A stretch of DNA of 64,000 nt from Vicinamibacterales bacterium (GTDB lineage Bacteria > Acidobacteriota > Vicinamibacteria > Vicinamibacterales > UBA2999): contig DASYQV010000311.1 of assembly GCA_036005125.1 (NCBI GenBank), positions 5,618-69,617 on the forward strand, written 5' to 3'. Shown here in pieces: positions 44,213 through 54,072 of the stretch. The first letter of the stretch is position 1, and each line of letters opens with the position of its first letter. Under the pieces are notes generated by a model that saw nothing but the letters and a program-made list of their open reading frames with translations, did no database searches and was not told the DNA's origin. Made by a program: the position numbers and the translations under genes.

Positions 44213-46363
44213 ATGAAGAGTTCGACCTTGACCGACGGCGCGAACCCGCAGGCCCTGCCAGACGCCACAGCGCACGGGCTCGGGGAGTTGACGCGCGACG
44301 ATCTGCTCAAGGCGTATCGCTTCATGCTCCTGTCGCGGAAGATCGACGACAAGGAGATTCAGCTCAAGAACCAGAGCCAGGCGTACTTCCAGATCAGCGG
44401 GGCCGGCCATGAGGCGATTCTGGTCGCCGCCGGCATGCACCTGCGCGGCGGCCACGCGTGGTTCTATCCCTACTACCGCGATCGAGCGTTGTGTCTCACG
44501 ATTGGCATGACGCCGCTTGAAATGTTGATGTCCGCCGTCGGAGCGAAGGACGACCCGAACTCCGGCGGACGCCAGATGCCGTCGCACTGGGGACACAGGC
44601 GGCTCAACATTCCTTCGCAGAGCAGCCCGACCGGCACGCAGTGCCTGCAGGCTGTCGGCTGCGCAGAGGCGACGCTCCTCTACGATCGCATCACGGCGAT
44701 TCCTGATCGCGAGACGAAGTACCATCGCGACGAAATCACCTACGTTTCCATCGGTGAAGGCGGAACGAGCGAGGGCGAATTCTGGGAGTCGCTGAATACG
44801 GCCTGCAATAAGCGGCTGCCGCTTCTCTATCTGGTCGAAGACAATGGCTACGCCATCTCTGTGCCTGTGGAGGTTCAAACGGCCGGAGGCGACATCGCCA
44901 ACCTCGTGAAAAGCTTTCCCAACCTGCGGATTTTCCGTTGCGACGGCACGGACTTTCTCGCCAGCTACCAGACCATGAAAGATGCCGTTGCGCACGTCCG
45001 TGAGGGCAAGGGCCCCGCGTTCGTGCATGCAACCGTCATCCGGCCCTATTCGCACTCGCTCTCCGACGACGAGAAGCTCTATAAGACGGCGGCGGAACGC
45101 GAGGCCGAGGCACGCCGCGATCCGATCACGCGCATGCAACGGTGGCTCGTCGGCAACGCGGTCGCCTCGGAAGCCGATCTCGCCGACATGCTCAAGTCTG
45201 TCGAGCGAGAGGTCAACGAGGCAGCCGACCAGGCGCTGGCGGCCCCCAAGCCCGCGCCCGAGACCGCCACACTCTACGTGTTCTCGCCGGATGTCAATCC
45301 CTCGTCCCGCCAGTTCGCGACCCCGGCGCAGCCCGAAGGCAAGCCGGACACCGTGGTGGCGGCGATCAACCGCACGCTGAAGGACGAGATGTCGCGTGAC
45401 GCGCGAATCATCGTCTTTGGAGAAGACGTCGCGGATGCGAGCCGGGAGGACGCCTTGCCGAACGTGCCCGGCAAGGGCGGCGTGTTCAAGGTGACGCACG
45501 GCCTCCAGCGTTTATACGGCGCCGATCGGGTGTTCAACACGCCGCTCGCCGAGGCGAACATCATCGGCCGCGCCGTCGGAATGGCAACGCGGGGGCTCAA
45601 ACCGGTGGTCGAGATCCAGTTCTTCGACTACATCTGGCCCGCGATGATGCAGATCCGCGACGAGATGTCGATGATGCGGTACCGCTCGTCGAACAACTGG
45701 TCGTGTCCGATGGTCGTCCGCGTTCCGATCGGCGGCTACCTGCGCGGCGGCGCGCCCTATCACAGCCAGTCCGGCGTCAGCATCTTCGCCCATTGCCCCG
45801 GTATCCGGATCGCGTTTCCGTCGAACGCCGCGGATGCGGCCGGGCTGCTGAGGACGTCGATCCGTTGCGATGATCCGGTACTGTTTCTCGAACACAAGCA
45901 CCTGTACCGCCAGACGTACAACAAGGTTCCCTACCCCGGCGCCGGCTACATGATTCCGTTCGGCAACGCCGCCGTCAGACGCGACGGATCGGACATCGTG
46001 ATCTTCGCGTGGGGCGCGCTGGTGCAGCGGTCGCTGCTGGCGGCCCAGCAGGCGGAGAAGGACGGGATTAGCGTGGCGGTCGTCGATCTGCGCACCATCG
46101 TGCCGTGTGACTGGGACACGATTGCCGACTTCACGCGGAAGACCAGCCGCGTCATCATCGCCCACGAAGACCAGCTCACGTGCGGGTTCGGTGCGGAGAT
46201 CGCGGCGCGGATCTCCGACGAGCTGTTCGACGCCCTCGATGCGCCGGTGAAACGGGTTGCCGCCCTCGATTGCCCCGTGGCGTATGCGCCGGTGCTCGAG
46301 GAGACGATCCTGCCCGGATCGGCCGACGTCCTGAACGCGATCCGAGACCTCGCTGCGTATTAA
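44213..46363 (+). CDS. Fused alpha/beta E1 component of a 2-oxoacid (branched-chain/pyruvate type) dehydrogenase
   Basis: Alpha part [29 protein letters not shown]; beta part [26 protein letters not shown]-terminal transketolase-like domain; no E2/E3 adjacent. Confidence 0.88.
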   Translation: MKSSTLTDGANPQALPDATAHGLGELTRDDLLKAYRFMLLSRKIDDKEIQLKNQSQAYFQISGAGHEAILVAAGMHLRGGHAWFYPYYRDRALCLTIGMTPLEMLMSAVGAKDDPNSGGRQMPSHWGHRRLNIPSQSSPTGTQCLQAVGCAEATLLYDRITAIPDRETKYHRDEITYVSIGEGGTSEGEFWESLNTACNKRLPLLYLVEDNGYAISVPVEVQTAGGDIANLVKSFPNLRIFRCDGTDFLASYQTMKDAVAHVREGKGPAFVHATVIRPYSHSLSDDEKLYKTAAEREAEARRDPITRMQRWLVGNAVASEADLADMLKSVEREVNEAADQALAAPKPAPETATLYVFSPDVNPSSRQFATPAQPEGKPDTVVAAINRTLKDEMSRDARIIVFGEDVADASREDALPNVPGKGGVFKVTHGLQRLYGADRVFNTPLAEANIIGRAVGMATRGLKPVVEIQFFDYIWPAMMQIRDEMSMMRYRSSNNWSCPMVVRVPIGGYLRGGAPYHSQSGVSIFAHCPGIRIAFPSNAADAAGLLRTSIRCDDPVLFLEHKHLYRQTYNKVPYPGAGYMIPFGNAAVRRDGSDIVIFAWGALVQRSLLAAQQAEKDGISVAVVDLRTIVPCDWDTIADFTRKTSRVIIAHEDQLTCGFGAEIAARISDELFDALDAPVKRVAALDCPVAYAPVLEETILPGSADVLNAIRDLAAY

Positions 46364-46500
46364 GAGTTAGGAGTTAGGAGTCAGGAGATAGAGCGACACG
46401 TGCACTCTAACTCCTATCTCCTGACGCTGCGTATTAGAAGGAGTCGGGAGATAGAGCGGCACGGTGCACCCTGACTCCTATCTCCTGTCTCCTGACTCCT
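46351..46500. repeat. Tandem duplication (74 + 76 nt) of a GGAG-word heptamer hairpin together with the last codons of the E1 gene
   Basis: Unit 1 46351-46424 and unit 2 46425-46500 both begin CGCTGCGTATTA, then GAGTTAG/GAGTCAG words, apex AGAGCG(A/G)CACG(G)TGCAC, then CTCCTATCTCCTG. Confidence 0.88.
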
Positions 46501-46506
46501 TGGAAC

Positions 46507-47541
46507 ATGACTCGCCTCCTGCTTCGCGCCGTGCTTCTCGCCCTTCTGTGGATCGCCACGGCGCCTCTCGCTACCGCTCTGCAGGTCGAGGTGCTGCATT
46601 CACTGGGCGGCATCCCGCCTCACATCGTCGGCATGTTCCATGATCCCGTTGCCTTTCAGCAGGCGGCATCGGGGCAGTACTTCGTATTCGACCGTCGGGG
46701 TCACACTGTCTACAGCATCGACCCCGCACGAGCCACCGCGTCGAAGCTGATTGAGATCGGCCACGAGGAGGGACGCGTCATCGAGCCTGCCGCGTTCGAC
46801 GTGGCCCCGAACGGTACGTTCGCGGTCGCCGATGCGCCACGGGGACGGGAGCGCGTCCAGATCTTCACGCCCGAAGGCAGACGGCTCCTTGGGTTCACAC
46901 TGCCGGGGCGAGCGGAGGTGCGGGTGACGCTGAGCGGTCTCGTGCTCAGCGGCATCGCATCGTTCCAGTACAACGGGACGACACTCCTTATCAGTCACCC
47001 CGAGAGCGGCGCGCTGTTCACGGAGTACTCACCGCGCGGCTGGCCCGTGCGCAGCTTCGGGACCCTGCGCGACACCGGCTACGAGCAGGACCGCGATCTG
47101 CACCTCGCGATGAATGCAGGGCTGCCGCTCATCGACCCGACCGGCGGGTACTGGTACGTCTTCCTTGCGGGCACCCCGGTGTTTCGCAAATATGACTCGA
47201 AGGGCGGGCTCACCTTCGAGCGATATATGCAGGGCCGCGAGCTCGACGAGTACCTGCGCACGCTGCCCACCAAGTGGCCGACGCGACGTGTGGAGGACCG
47301 CGAGGTCCCACTTGTGACGCCGACCGTCAGGACGGCGGCGGTCGATCCGAACGGCGAGCTCTGGGTATCGTTCGTCGTCCCCTACACGTACGTGTACGAT
47401 GCGCAGGGCGACAAGACCAGGACGGTGCAGTTCCAGGCCGCCGGCATGATCGCCCCGACGAGCTTGTTCTTCACCAGCACGGGCCGCCTCCTCGTGACGC
47501 CGGGGTGCTATGAGTTCGATCCTGCTGAGTCCACGAGGTAG
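46507..47541 (+). CDS. Hypothetical secreted protein, probable beta-propeller (NHL-like repeats)
   Basis: Signal-like MTRLLLRAVLLALLWIATAPLATA; repeated ..G.. D.A..G...V.D....R.. patterns; family not firmly recognised. Confidence 0.55.
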   Translation: MTRLLLRAVLLALLWIATAPLATALQVEVLHSLGGIPPHIVGMFHDPVAFQQAASGQYFVFDRRGHTVYSIDPARATASKLIEIGHEEGRVIEPAAFDVAPNGTFAVADAPRGRERVQIFTPEGRRLLGFTLPGRAEVRVTLSGLVLSGIASFQYNGTTLLISHPESGALFTEYSPRGWPVRSFGTLRDTGYEQDRDLHLAMNAGLPLIDPTGGYWYVFLAGTPVFRKYDSKGGLTFERYMQGRELDEYLRTLPTKWPTRRVEDREVPLVTPTVRTAAVDPNGELWVSFVVPYTYVYDAQGDKTRTVQFQAAGMIAPTSLFFTSTGRLLVTPGCYEFDPAESTR

Positions 47542-47600
47542 CGCAGCGCATTGCGCGCCCGCGAAGCCTGAAGTCTGAAGGCCGGAGCCCGCATCGAAGG

Positions 47601-48515
47601 ATGCTCACCGCCTCACATCTGACGCGCCGCTTTGACGGACGCGTTGCGGTCGAGGACGTCACGTTCCAGGTCGCACCCGGCGAGATCTTTGCGCTGCTCG
47701 GCCCGAACGGCGCCGGCAAGACGACGACGCTGCGGATGCTGGCGGGACTGATCGAGCCCTCATCCGGAACCGTGCTCGTGGGCGGCGAGCCGATGACGCG
47801 CCGGTCCGCGTCACGCCTGCGCGGTCTCCTGGGTCTTCTCACGGAAGCGCCCGGTCTGTGGGACCGCTTGACCGTCCGCCAGAACCTCTCGGTGTACGCG
47901 CGGCTTCATGGGCTCGCCGCACCCGAGCGCGCCGTGGACGAGGCGCTTGCCACATTCGACCTGAGCGAGCGAGGCGACGAAGCCACCGCGCAATTGTCGA
48001 AGGGCCTCAAGCAGCGCGTCGCGCTCGCGCGGACGCTGCTGCACCATCCGTCGATTGTTCTCCTCGACGAGCCTACGTCCGGCCTGGATCCGGAGAGCGC
48101 GCGAGACGTCCGCGGGCTGATTCTGCGACTCCGCGGCGAGCGCCGGGCAATCCTGCTCTCGACGCACAACCTGGACGAGGTGGAACGGGTGGCCGACCGC
48201 GTCGCCGTGCTGCGAAGCCGGCTCGTCGCGGTCGATACGCCCGACGCGCTCCGGGCACGGGTGTTCGGCGCGCGGCTGCAGGTGGTGCTCGGGATGCCGG
48301 CGGCGCCGTTTGTGCCGGTCCTGACCGGCGCCGGCGCCACCGACGTGCGCGCCGACGGGACGACGCTCTCGATCGGGGTCGTCGATGCGGCGGCGGAGGC
48401 TCCGGCGCTTGTGCGCCGGCTGGTCGAGGCGGGCGCCGCCATTCAGACGGTCTCGCCCGAGGATCCACCTCTCGAAGAGGTGTACTTGAAGCTGCTGTCG
48501 GAGCCTCCGTCGTGA
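47601..48515 (+). CDS. ABC transporter ATP-binding protein
   Basis: Walker A GPNGAGKTT, signature LSKGLKQR, Walker B LLDEPTSGLD. Confidence 0.92.
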   Translation: MLTASHLTRRFDGRVAVEDVTFQVAPGEIFALLGPNGAGKTTTLRMLAGLIEPSSGTVLVGGEPMTRRSASRLRGLLGLLTEAPGLWDRLTVRQNLSVYARLHGLAAPERAVDEALATFDLSERGDEATAQLSKGLKQRVALARTLLHHPSIVLLDEPTSGLDPESARDVRGLILRLRGERRAILLSTHNLDEVERVADRVAVLRSRLVAVDTPDALRARVFGARLQVVLGMPAAPFVPVLTGAGATDVRADGTTLSIGVVDAAAEAPALVRRLVEAGAAIQTVSPEDPPLEEVYLKLLSEPPS

Positions 48516-49315
48516 CCCGCCTGGCAGCGCTCCTTCGCAAGGAGCTGACCGAACTGCGGAAGAACCCCTCGGTGTTCCTTCCCGCAATTCTCACGGGACT
48601 GTTGTCGATTCTTCTGCCGTTCTTCGTCGCGGTGATCGTGCCGGCGGTCACGGGTGAGCGGCTGGCAGATTCGAGCGACTTCAAGGTCGCCCTCGAGATG
48701 TACCGCAGTGAACCGGGCACGCGGACGCTCGATCCGGAGGCAGCGATTCAGGCGTGGATCTTCCAGCAGTTCCTGATTCTGCTCGTGCTGGCGCCGGTGG
48801 CCGGCTCGATGTCGGTGGCGGCCTACAGCGTGATCGGGGAGAAGCAGGCCCGGACGCTGGAGCCGCTGCTCGCGACACCGATCACCACGTTCGAGCTGCT
48901 GGCGGCCAAGGTGCTCGGTTCGCTGCTGCCGGCGCTGGCGCTGACGATTGCAAGCTTCGTCGTGAGCCTGCTTGGCACGGCAGTGTTCGCGCGGCCCGGC
49001 GTTTTCGCGATTCTCTTCGCGTCGCGATCGCTGCTGATCGTGTTCCTGCTCGGACCGCTGGCGGCGCTGGCCGCGCTGCAGCTGGCCGTGTGCAGCTCGT
49101 CGCGCGTCAACGACGCCCGAAGCGCGCAGCAGCTCGCCGCGCTGATCGTCCTCCCCGTCGGTGGTCTGCTGATCGCGCAGGTGACCGGGAGCGTGGTGCT
49201 CACCGGCCCCGTCATCCTGCTCATCGCCCTCGGGTTGGTGGCGCTGAACGTCGTGCTGATGCTGGTCGGTATCGCGCTCTTCGATCGCGAGTCGATCTTG
49301 ACGAGATGGAAGTAG
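48512..49315 (+). CDS. ABC-2 type transporter permease
   Basis: Six-TM-like profile; GTG 48512 overlaps the ATPase stop (GTGA); only the C-terminal 267 codons of track ORF 47858..49315 look protein-like. Confidence 0.75.
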   Translation: MTRLAALLRKELTELRKNPSVFLPAILTGLLSILLPFFVAVIVPAVTGERLADSSDFKVALEMYRSEPGTRTLDPEAAIQAWIFQQFLILLVLAPVAGSMSVAAYSVIGEKQARTLEPLLATPITTFELLAAKVLGSLLPALALTIASFVVSLLGTAVFARPGVFAILFASRSLLIVFLLGPLAALAALQLAVCSSSRVNDARSAQQLAALIVLPVGGLLIAQVTGSVVLTGPVILLIALGLVALNVVLMLVGIALFDRESILTRWK

Positions 49316-49417
49316 GCTCGGGACTCGGGGCTCGGGATCCGAATCTCGAACACCATCGCCAACTTCCGCATGTACCCGTGAATCAGCCCCCGAGCCCGAG
49401 CCCCGAGTCGCCGAGCC
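49315..49417. repeat. Heptamer-armed hairpin (GGCTCGG GACTCGG GGCTCGG vs CCCGAGC CCGAGCC CCGAGTC)
   Basis: Left arm 49315-49337 starts in the permease stop codon; right arm 49387-49417; ~50-nt loop. Confidence 0.8.
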
Positions 49418-49465
49418 CGCCGCATTTCGAACATTGCTCTTGCGCCGACACCCGATCAGGCCCTA

Positions 49466-49489
49466 GACTGAATGAACATTCATTCAGTC
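49466..49489. promoter_or_regulatory. Perfect 11-2-11 palindrome GACTGAATGAA-CA-TTCATTCAGTC (candidate TetR/FadR operator)
   Basis: Verified as exact reverse complements; lies 12 nt upstream of the TetR ATG (49501) at the head of the beta-oxidation operon. Confidence 0.7.
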
Positions 49490-49500
49490 ACGAGGTCCCC

Positions 49501-50145
49501 ATGCCCCCTGCCGCCGCACGCCGGGCTCGCGTCCCCGATGCGAGCGCCGATAAGCGTGCCGCCATCCTGAAAGCCGCGACCCGGACGTTTGCCCGCCGCG
49601 GCTACTTCCAGTCGCAGGTCGCCGACATCGCCCGCGCCGCGGGCATTGCCGCCGGCACCGTCTATCTCTACTTCCGCAGCAAGGACGACCTCCTGGTTTC
49701 CATCTTCGAACGCACGATGAAGGAGGCGATGGAGGAGGGCAAGGCCGCGATCGCCGGGGTGCAGGACGCCCGCGAGCGGCTCCGGCGCATCGCGCGCCTG
49801 CATCTCGAGCGCATGGGACGCGATCGCGATCTCGCGGTCGTCTTCCAGGTGGAGCTCCGGCAGTCCACGAAATTCATGGAACGGTTCTCCTCCACCTACC
49901 TCCGAAGCTATCTCGGCATCATCCGTGACACGATTGCCGACGGCCAGGCCACCGGCGCTCTGCGCAGCGACCTCAATCCCACGCTCGCTGCCAAGGCGCT
50001 GTTTGGCGCGCTCGACGAGATGGCCACCAACTGGATTCTGAGTCGCCGCCGGTACTCGCTTGCCGAGCAGGCGGACGAGGTAATCGACCTTTTTCTCAAC
50101 GGCCTGGCCGAGCTGAAGCTCGGCGCGACGAAAGCACGCGTATGA
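49501..50145 (+). CDS. TetR family transcriptional regulator (FadR/YsiA-like by context)
   Basis: HTH FARRGYFQSQVADIARAAGIAAGTVYLYFRSKDDL; ATG 49501 inside track ORF 48754..50145; stop overlaps the fadN start (ATGA). Confidence 0.88.
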   Translation: MPPAAARRARVPDASADKRAAILKAATRTFARRGYFQSQVADIARAAGIAAGTVYLYFRSKDDLLVSIFERTMKEAMEEGKAAIAGVQDARERLRRIARLHLERMGRDRDLAVVFQVELRQSTKFMERFSSTYLRSYLGIIRDTIADGQATGALRSDLNPTLAAKALFGALDEMATNWILSRRRYSLAEQADEVIDLFLNGLAELKLGATKARV

Positions 50146-52445
50146 CCGCAATTCGATCTGTGGCCGTGCTTGGCGCGGGGACGATGGGTGCGCAGATTGC
50201 CGCGCACTTCGCCAATGCCGGCGTCCCCTCGTTGCTCCTGGACGTGAGCGCCGACGTGGCGAAGCAGGGGCTCGATCGCGCCCGCAAGCTCAAACCCGAT
50301 CCGTTCTTCACGCCCGATGCGTGGAAGCTCATCACGACCGGCAGCTTCGACGAGCTGCCGCGCATCAAGGACGTCGACTGGATAACAGAGGCCGTCGTCG
50401 AGCAGCTCGAGATCAAGCGCGCGCTACTCGAGAAAGTCGACCAGCACCGCCGTCCCGGTTCGATTGTCAGCTCGAACACATCCGGCATTTCGATCGCCGC
50501 GCTTGCCGAGGGTCGCTCCGACGATTTCAGGACGCACTGGCTGGGGACGCACTTCTTCAACCCGCCGCGGTACCTGCGCCTCCTTGAGGTCATCCCGACC
50601 GCCGAGACCGCTCAGGACGTGCTGGATCGGGTCGTGCAGTTTGCCGATCACCATCTGGGCAAAGGGGTCGTGATCGCGAAGGACTCGCCAAACTTCATCG
50701 GCAACCACGTCGCACTGTACGGGCTCATGCGCGTGCTGGCCACGGTCGCCTCCGGCGAATACACGATCGAGGAAGTGGATGCCATCACCGGCCCGGCCCT
50801 CGGCAGGCCGAACAGCGCGACGTTCAGGACGATGGACCTCGCCGGTATCGACGTCCTCGCTCAGGTCGTCAACAACCTCCACGAAAGGCTGCCTGACGCG
50901 CGCGACCGAGAGATGTTCGTGCTCCCCGAGTTCGTGCGGAAGATGATCGAACGCGGCATGGTTGGCGAAAAGGCCGGCAAGGGCTTCTACAAGCGCGTGA
51001 AGCAGCCGAGCGGCGAGTCGGAGATCCTGACGCTGGATCCGGCGACGCTCGAGTACCGGCCGAGGCAGTCCGCGCGCCTCGGGTCGCTCGAGGCAGCACG
51101 ATCGATCGAGGATGGTGGGGAACGGGTAAAAGCGTTGTTTCATGGCAAGGATCGCGTAGGGGCGTTCCTCCGCCGGACGCTCGCGCCAACGCTCGTCTAC
51201 ACCGCGCGCGTCACGCCGTGCATAGCAGACTCGCCCGACGACGTGGACCGCGTCATGCGATGGGGGTTCGGCTGGGATCTGGGGCCTTTCGAGCTCGCCG
51301 ACGCCATCGGCATACGCGAAGTGCTCGATGCTGCGCGGGAAGCAGATCCTGCAGTGCTCCGCGACGGCGTGCCGCCGCTCTTCGAATCCGCTTTGAGCCG
51401 CAACCGGCTTCGAGAGGGCGAGGTGCCGCCTGCCGCGCCCGATCTGCAGATCCTCCGCTCGGCGAAGGAACGACGCCGCGTGGTGAAGAAGAATGCCGGG
51501 GCAAGCCTCGTCGATCTCGGTGACGGCGTGCTCTGTGTCGAGTTCCACTCGAAGATGAACGCCATCGGCGGCGACACGGTGCAGATGCTCCAGATGGGCG
51601 TGCGCGAGGCGTCACAGCATTTCGCCGCGCTCGTCGTCGGCAACGATGCGACAAATTTCTCTGCCGGCGCGAACCTGATGCTGGTGCTGCTCGAGGCGCA
51701 GGAGGAGAACTGGGACGAGATCGACGTCATGGTACGCGCGTTCCAGCAATCGACAATGGCGCTTCGTTACTCTGACGTGCCGGTCGTGGTGGCGCCCGGG
51801 GGCCTGACGCTCGGGGGCGGATGCGAGATTGCGATGCACGGCGATCGTGTGCAGGCGGCTGCCGAAACCTACATGGGCCTGGTCGAGGTCGGCGTCGGAT
51901 TGATTCCGGCTGGCGGCGGAACCAAGGAGATGACTGCGCGCGCCGCCGAGCAGATGCCGCCGGGCACGACCGATTATCTGCCGCCCATCCAACGGGCGTT
52001 CGAAACGATTGCGTTTGCCAAAGTCTCGGCGAGCGGCCCGGACGCGGAGCGCATCGGCTATCTCTCGCCGACAGACGCGTTCACGATGACCCGGGAACGG
52101 CTGATCGCCGACGCGAAGCGCCACGCACTCGAGCGCGTCCGCGACGGGTATCAGCGGCCGGTGCCGCGGACGGCGATTCCTGTTGGCGGCGACGCGGTCC
52201 TCGCACCGCTCAAGCTGGGAGTCCATCTTGCCTGGAGGGCCGGGCGCATCAGCGACCATGACGCGTTGATCGGACGGAAACTGGCCACGATTATGGCTGG
52301 CGGCAATCTGCCGCATCCGACGACGGTGTCGGAGCAGGCGCTGCTGGATCTGGAGCGGGAAGCCTTCCTCAGTCTGCTCGGCGAGCGGAAGACGCAGGAA
52401 CGGATTCAGCACACGTTGAAGACGGGCAAGCCGTTGCGGAACTAA
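50142..52445 (+). CDS. fadN: Bifunctional 3-hydroxyacyl-CoA dehydrogenase / enoyl-CoA hydratase (FadN-type domain order)
   Basis: N-terminal Rossmann VAVLGAGTMGAQIA, C-terminal crotonase fold with GGGCEIAMH. Confidence 0.9.
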   Translation: MTAIRSVAVLGAGTMGAQIAAHFANAGVPSLLLDVSADVAKQGLDRARKLKPDPFFTPDAWKLITTGSFDELPRIKDVDWITEAVVEQLEIKRALLEKVDQHRRPGSIVSSNTSGISIAALAEGRSDDFRTHWLGTHFFNPPRYLRLLEVIPTAETAQDVLDRVVQFADHHLGKGVVIAKDSPNFIGNHVALYGLMRVLATVASGEYTIEEVDAITGPALGRPNSATFRTMDLAGIDVLAQVVNNLHERLPDARDREMFVLPEFVRKMIERGMVGEKAGKGFYKRVKQPSGESEILTLDPATLEYRPRQSARLGSLEAARSIEDGGERVKALFHGKDRVGAFLRRTLAPTLVYTARVTPCIADSPDDVDRVMRWGFGWDLGPFELADAIGIREVLDAAREADPAVLRDGVPPLFESALSRNRLREGEVPPAAPDLQILRSAKERRRVVKKNAGASLVDLGDGVLCVEFHSKMNAIGGDTVQMLQMGVREASQHFAALVVGNDATNFSAGANLMLVLLEAQEENWDEIDVMVRAFQQSTMALRYSDVPVVVAPGGLTLGGGCEIAMHGDRVQAAAETYMGLVEVGVGLIPAGGGTKEMTARAAEQMPPGTTDYLPPIQRAFETIAFAKVSASGPDAERIGYLSPTDAFTMTRERLIADAKRHALERVRDGYQRPVPRTAIPVGGDAVLAPLKLGVHLAWRAGRISDHDALIGRKLATIMAGGNLPHPTTVSEQALLDLEREAFLSLLGERKTQERIQHTLKTGKPLRN

Positions 52446-52613
52446 TCAAGGACTCTGCCCTTGATACCCGGCAGAGCCCTTGATTAGTTCGCGCAGTATC
52501 TTTTTTGGCGCGCTTTATCTACCGGAACGGCTTAAGGCCGTTCCTTCGAGCGCGCCGAGCCCGTTATGCGGTCGCACAACGGGTACAAGATTCACGTTGG
52601 GGCCGCATAACGG
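52442..52613 (-). repeat. A-B-C mosaic element, copy 4 (inverted), with a D unit inserted into the loop of module B
   Basis: C' 52442-52487, B' GGCGCGC[..TCTACCGGAACGGCTTAAGGCCGTTCCTT..]GCGCGCC about 52507-52556, A' 52561-52613; A' matches the reverse complement of the other A modules. Confidence 0.88.
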
Positions 52614-52625
52614 GCTAAATGCGAT

Positions 52626-53438
52626 ATGGACATTGTCGACCTCGGGTCGGGACCGCCGCTGGCCGTGATTCCCGGCATCCAGGGACGCTGGGAATGGATG
52701 CGGCCGGGCGTTGAAGCGCTGGCGCGACGCTGTCGCGTCGTGACCTTCTCGCTCGCGGACGAGCCATCCTGCCACGCCCGGCTCTCCGCGCCGGTGGACT
52801 TCAACGCATACGTCGACCAGGTCCGCGGTGCGCTCGACCAGGCGGGACTCGAACGTGCGGCCATCTGTGGCGTCTCCTACGGCGGCTTGATCGCCACCAC
52901 GTTCGCGGCGCGGTATCCTCAACGAATCCATTCGCTCGTTCTCGTGTCAGCGCTGTCGCCCTCCTGGCTGCCGGACGCGCGTGTGTCGTTCTACCTCCGG
53001 TCGCCACGGCTGCTCGCGCCGTTGTTTTGCATCTCGTCCCCACTCCACATGCGGCGCGAGCTCGTCGCCGCGATACCAAACGTGCGTGAGCGCGTCGCGA
53101 TTACCGTGCGGAGCGGGTGGAACGTGCTGAGGCACATGTCGTCACCGACGCGGATGGCTCGGCGCGTTCACATGGTTGCCGGGCTGGATTTGACGGAAGA
53201 GGTGGCGAGCGTGCGCGTGCCGACGCTGCTCGTCACCGGCGAGGCGACGCTCGATTGCGTCGTGCCGCCCAGGGTCACCTACGAGTATCAGCAACTGTTG
53301 CCACACGCACGCGTGGCGACGATCGCGCGGACCGGTCACGTCGGGTTCATCACTCGGCCGCAGGCGATGGCCGACGCGATCGTGCCCTTCGTTGAAGAGA
53401 CTGCGGGGGAAGCGGATGCGAGGCGGCGGGTTGGCTGA
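52626..53438 (+). CDS. Alpha/beta hydrolase
   Basis: Nucleophile elbow GVSYGG, C-terminal TGHVGF histidine motif. Confidence 0.8.
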   Translation: MDIVDLGSGPPLAVIPGIQGRWEWMRPGVEALARRCRVVTFSLADEPSCHARLSAPVDFNAYVDQVRGALDQAGLERAAICGVSYGGLIATTFAARYPQRIHSLVLVSALSPSWLPDARVSFYLRSPRLLAPLFCISSPLHMRRELVAAIPNVRERVAITVRSGWNVLRHMSSPTRMARRVHMVAGLDLTEEVASVRVPTLLVTGEATLDCVVPPRVTYEYQQLLPHARVATIARTGHVGFITRPQAMADAIVPFVEETAGEADARRRVG

Positions 53439-54072
53439 GGACGTCATTCGCGAGATTCCCGGCGCGGTGGGTGCGCTCGAGTGTCTGGTCGATCGGCCCG
53501 CCGGCACGCCGCGCGCCGCTGTCGTCTTCGCGCATCCGCTGCCGACCGAGGGCGGGACGATGCACACCAAGGTGGTGTATCAGGGCGCCAAGGCGCTGGC
53601 CCGGATCGGCTGCGAGGTGCTCCGGTTCAACTTCCGCGGCGTGGGCCGCAGCGTCGGCGAATGGGACAAGGGACGCGGCGAGCTCGACGACTTTCGGACC
53701 GCCGTGGATTTCATGGCGGCTCGCCATCCCGGCCTCGAGATCTGGGCCGCCGGGTTCTCGTTCGGATCGTACGTCGCGCTCACGGCCGGCGCCCGCGACG
53801 ACCGTGTGTGTGCGCTCGTCGGCATCGCTCCTCCGGTCGACCGCTACGACTACGCGGAAGCGAAGAGGAGCACCAAGCCGAAGTTCATCATCCACGGCGC
53901 GGAGGACGAGCTGATACCGTTGAAGAAAGTGCGCGAGCTCTACGCGCAATTGCAGGAACCCAGAGAGCTCGTCGTCATCGACCGCGCGAACCACCTGTTC
54001 GATGGACAGACAAGCGAGGTCGGCGACGCGCTCGAAGATTTGTTGGGAGATTTCTCATGCACGAAGCTCTAA
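53416..54072 (+). CDS. Alpha/beta hydrolase (short, COG2945-like)
   Basis: GFSFGS elbow, HGAEDELIP, NHLFDG; ATG 53416 overlaps the upstream gene end. Confidence 0.75.
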   Translation: MRGGGLAEDVIREIPGAVGALECLVDRPAGTPRAAVVFAHPLPTEGGTMHTKVVYQGAKALARIGCEVLRFNFRGVGRSVGEWDKGRGELDDFRTAVDFMAARHPGLEIWAAGFSFGSYVALTAGARDDRVCALVGIAPPVDRYDYAEAKRSTKPKFIIHGAEDELIPLKKVRELYAQLQEPRELVVIDRANHLFDGQTSEVGDALEDLLGDFSCTKL

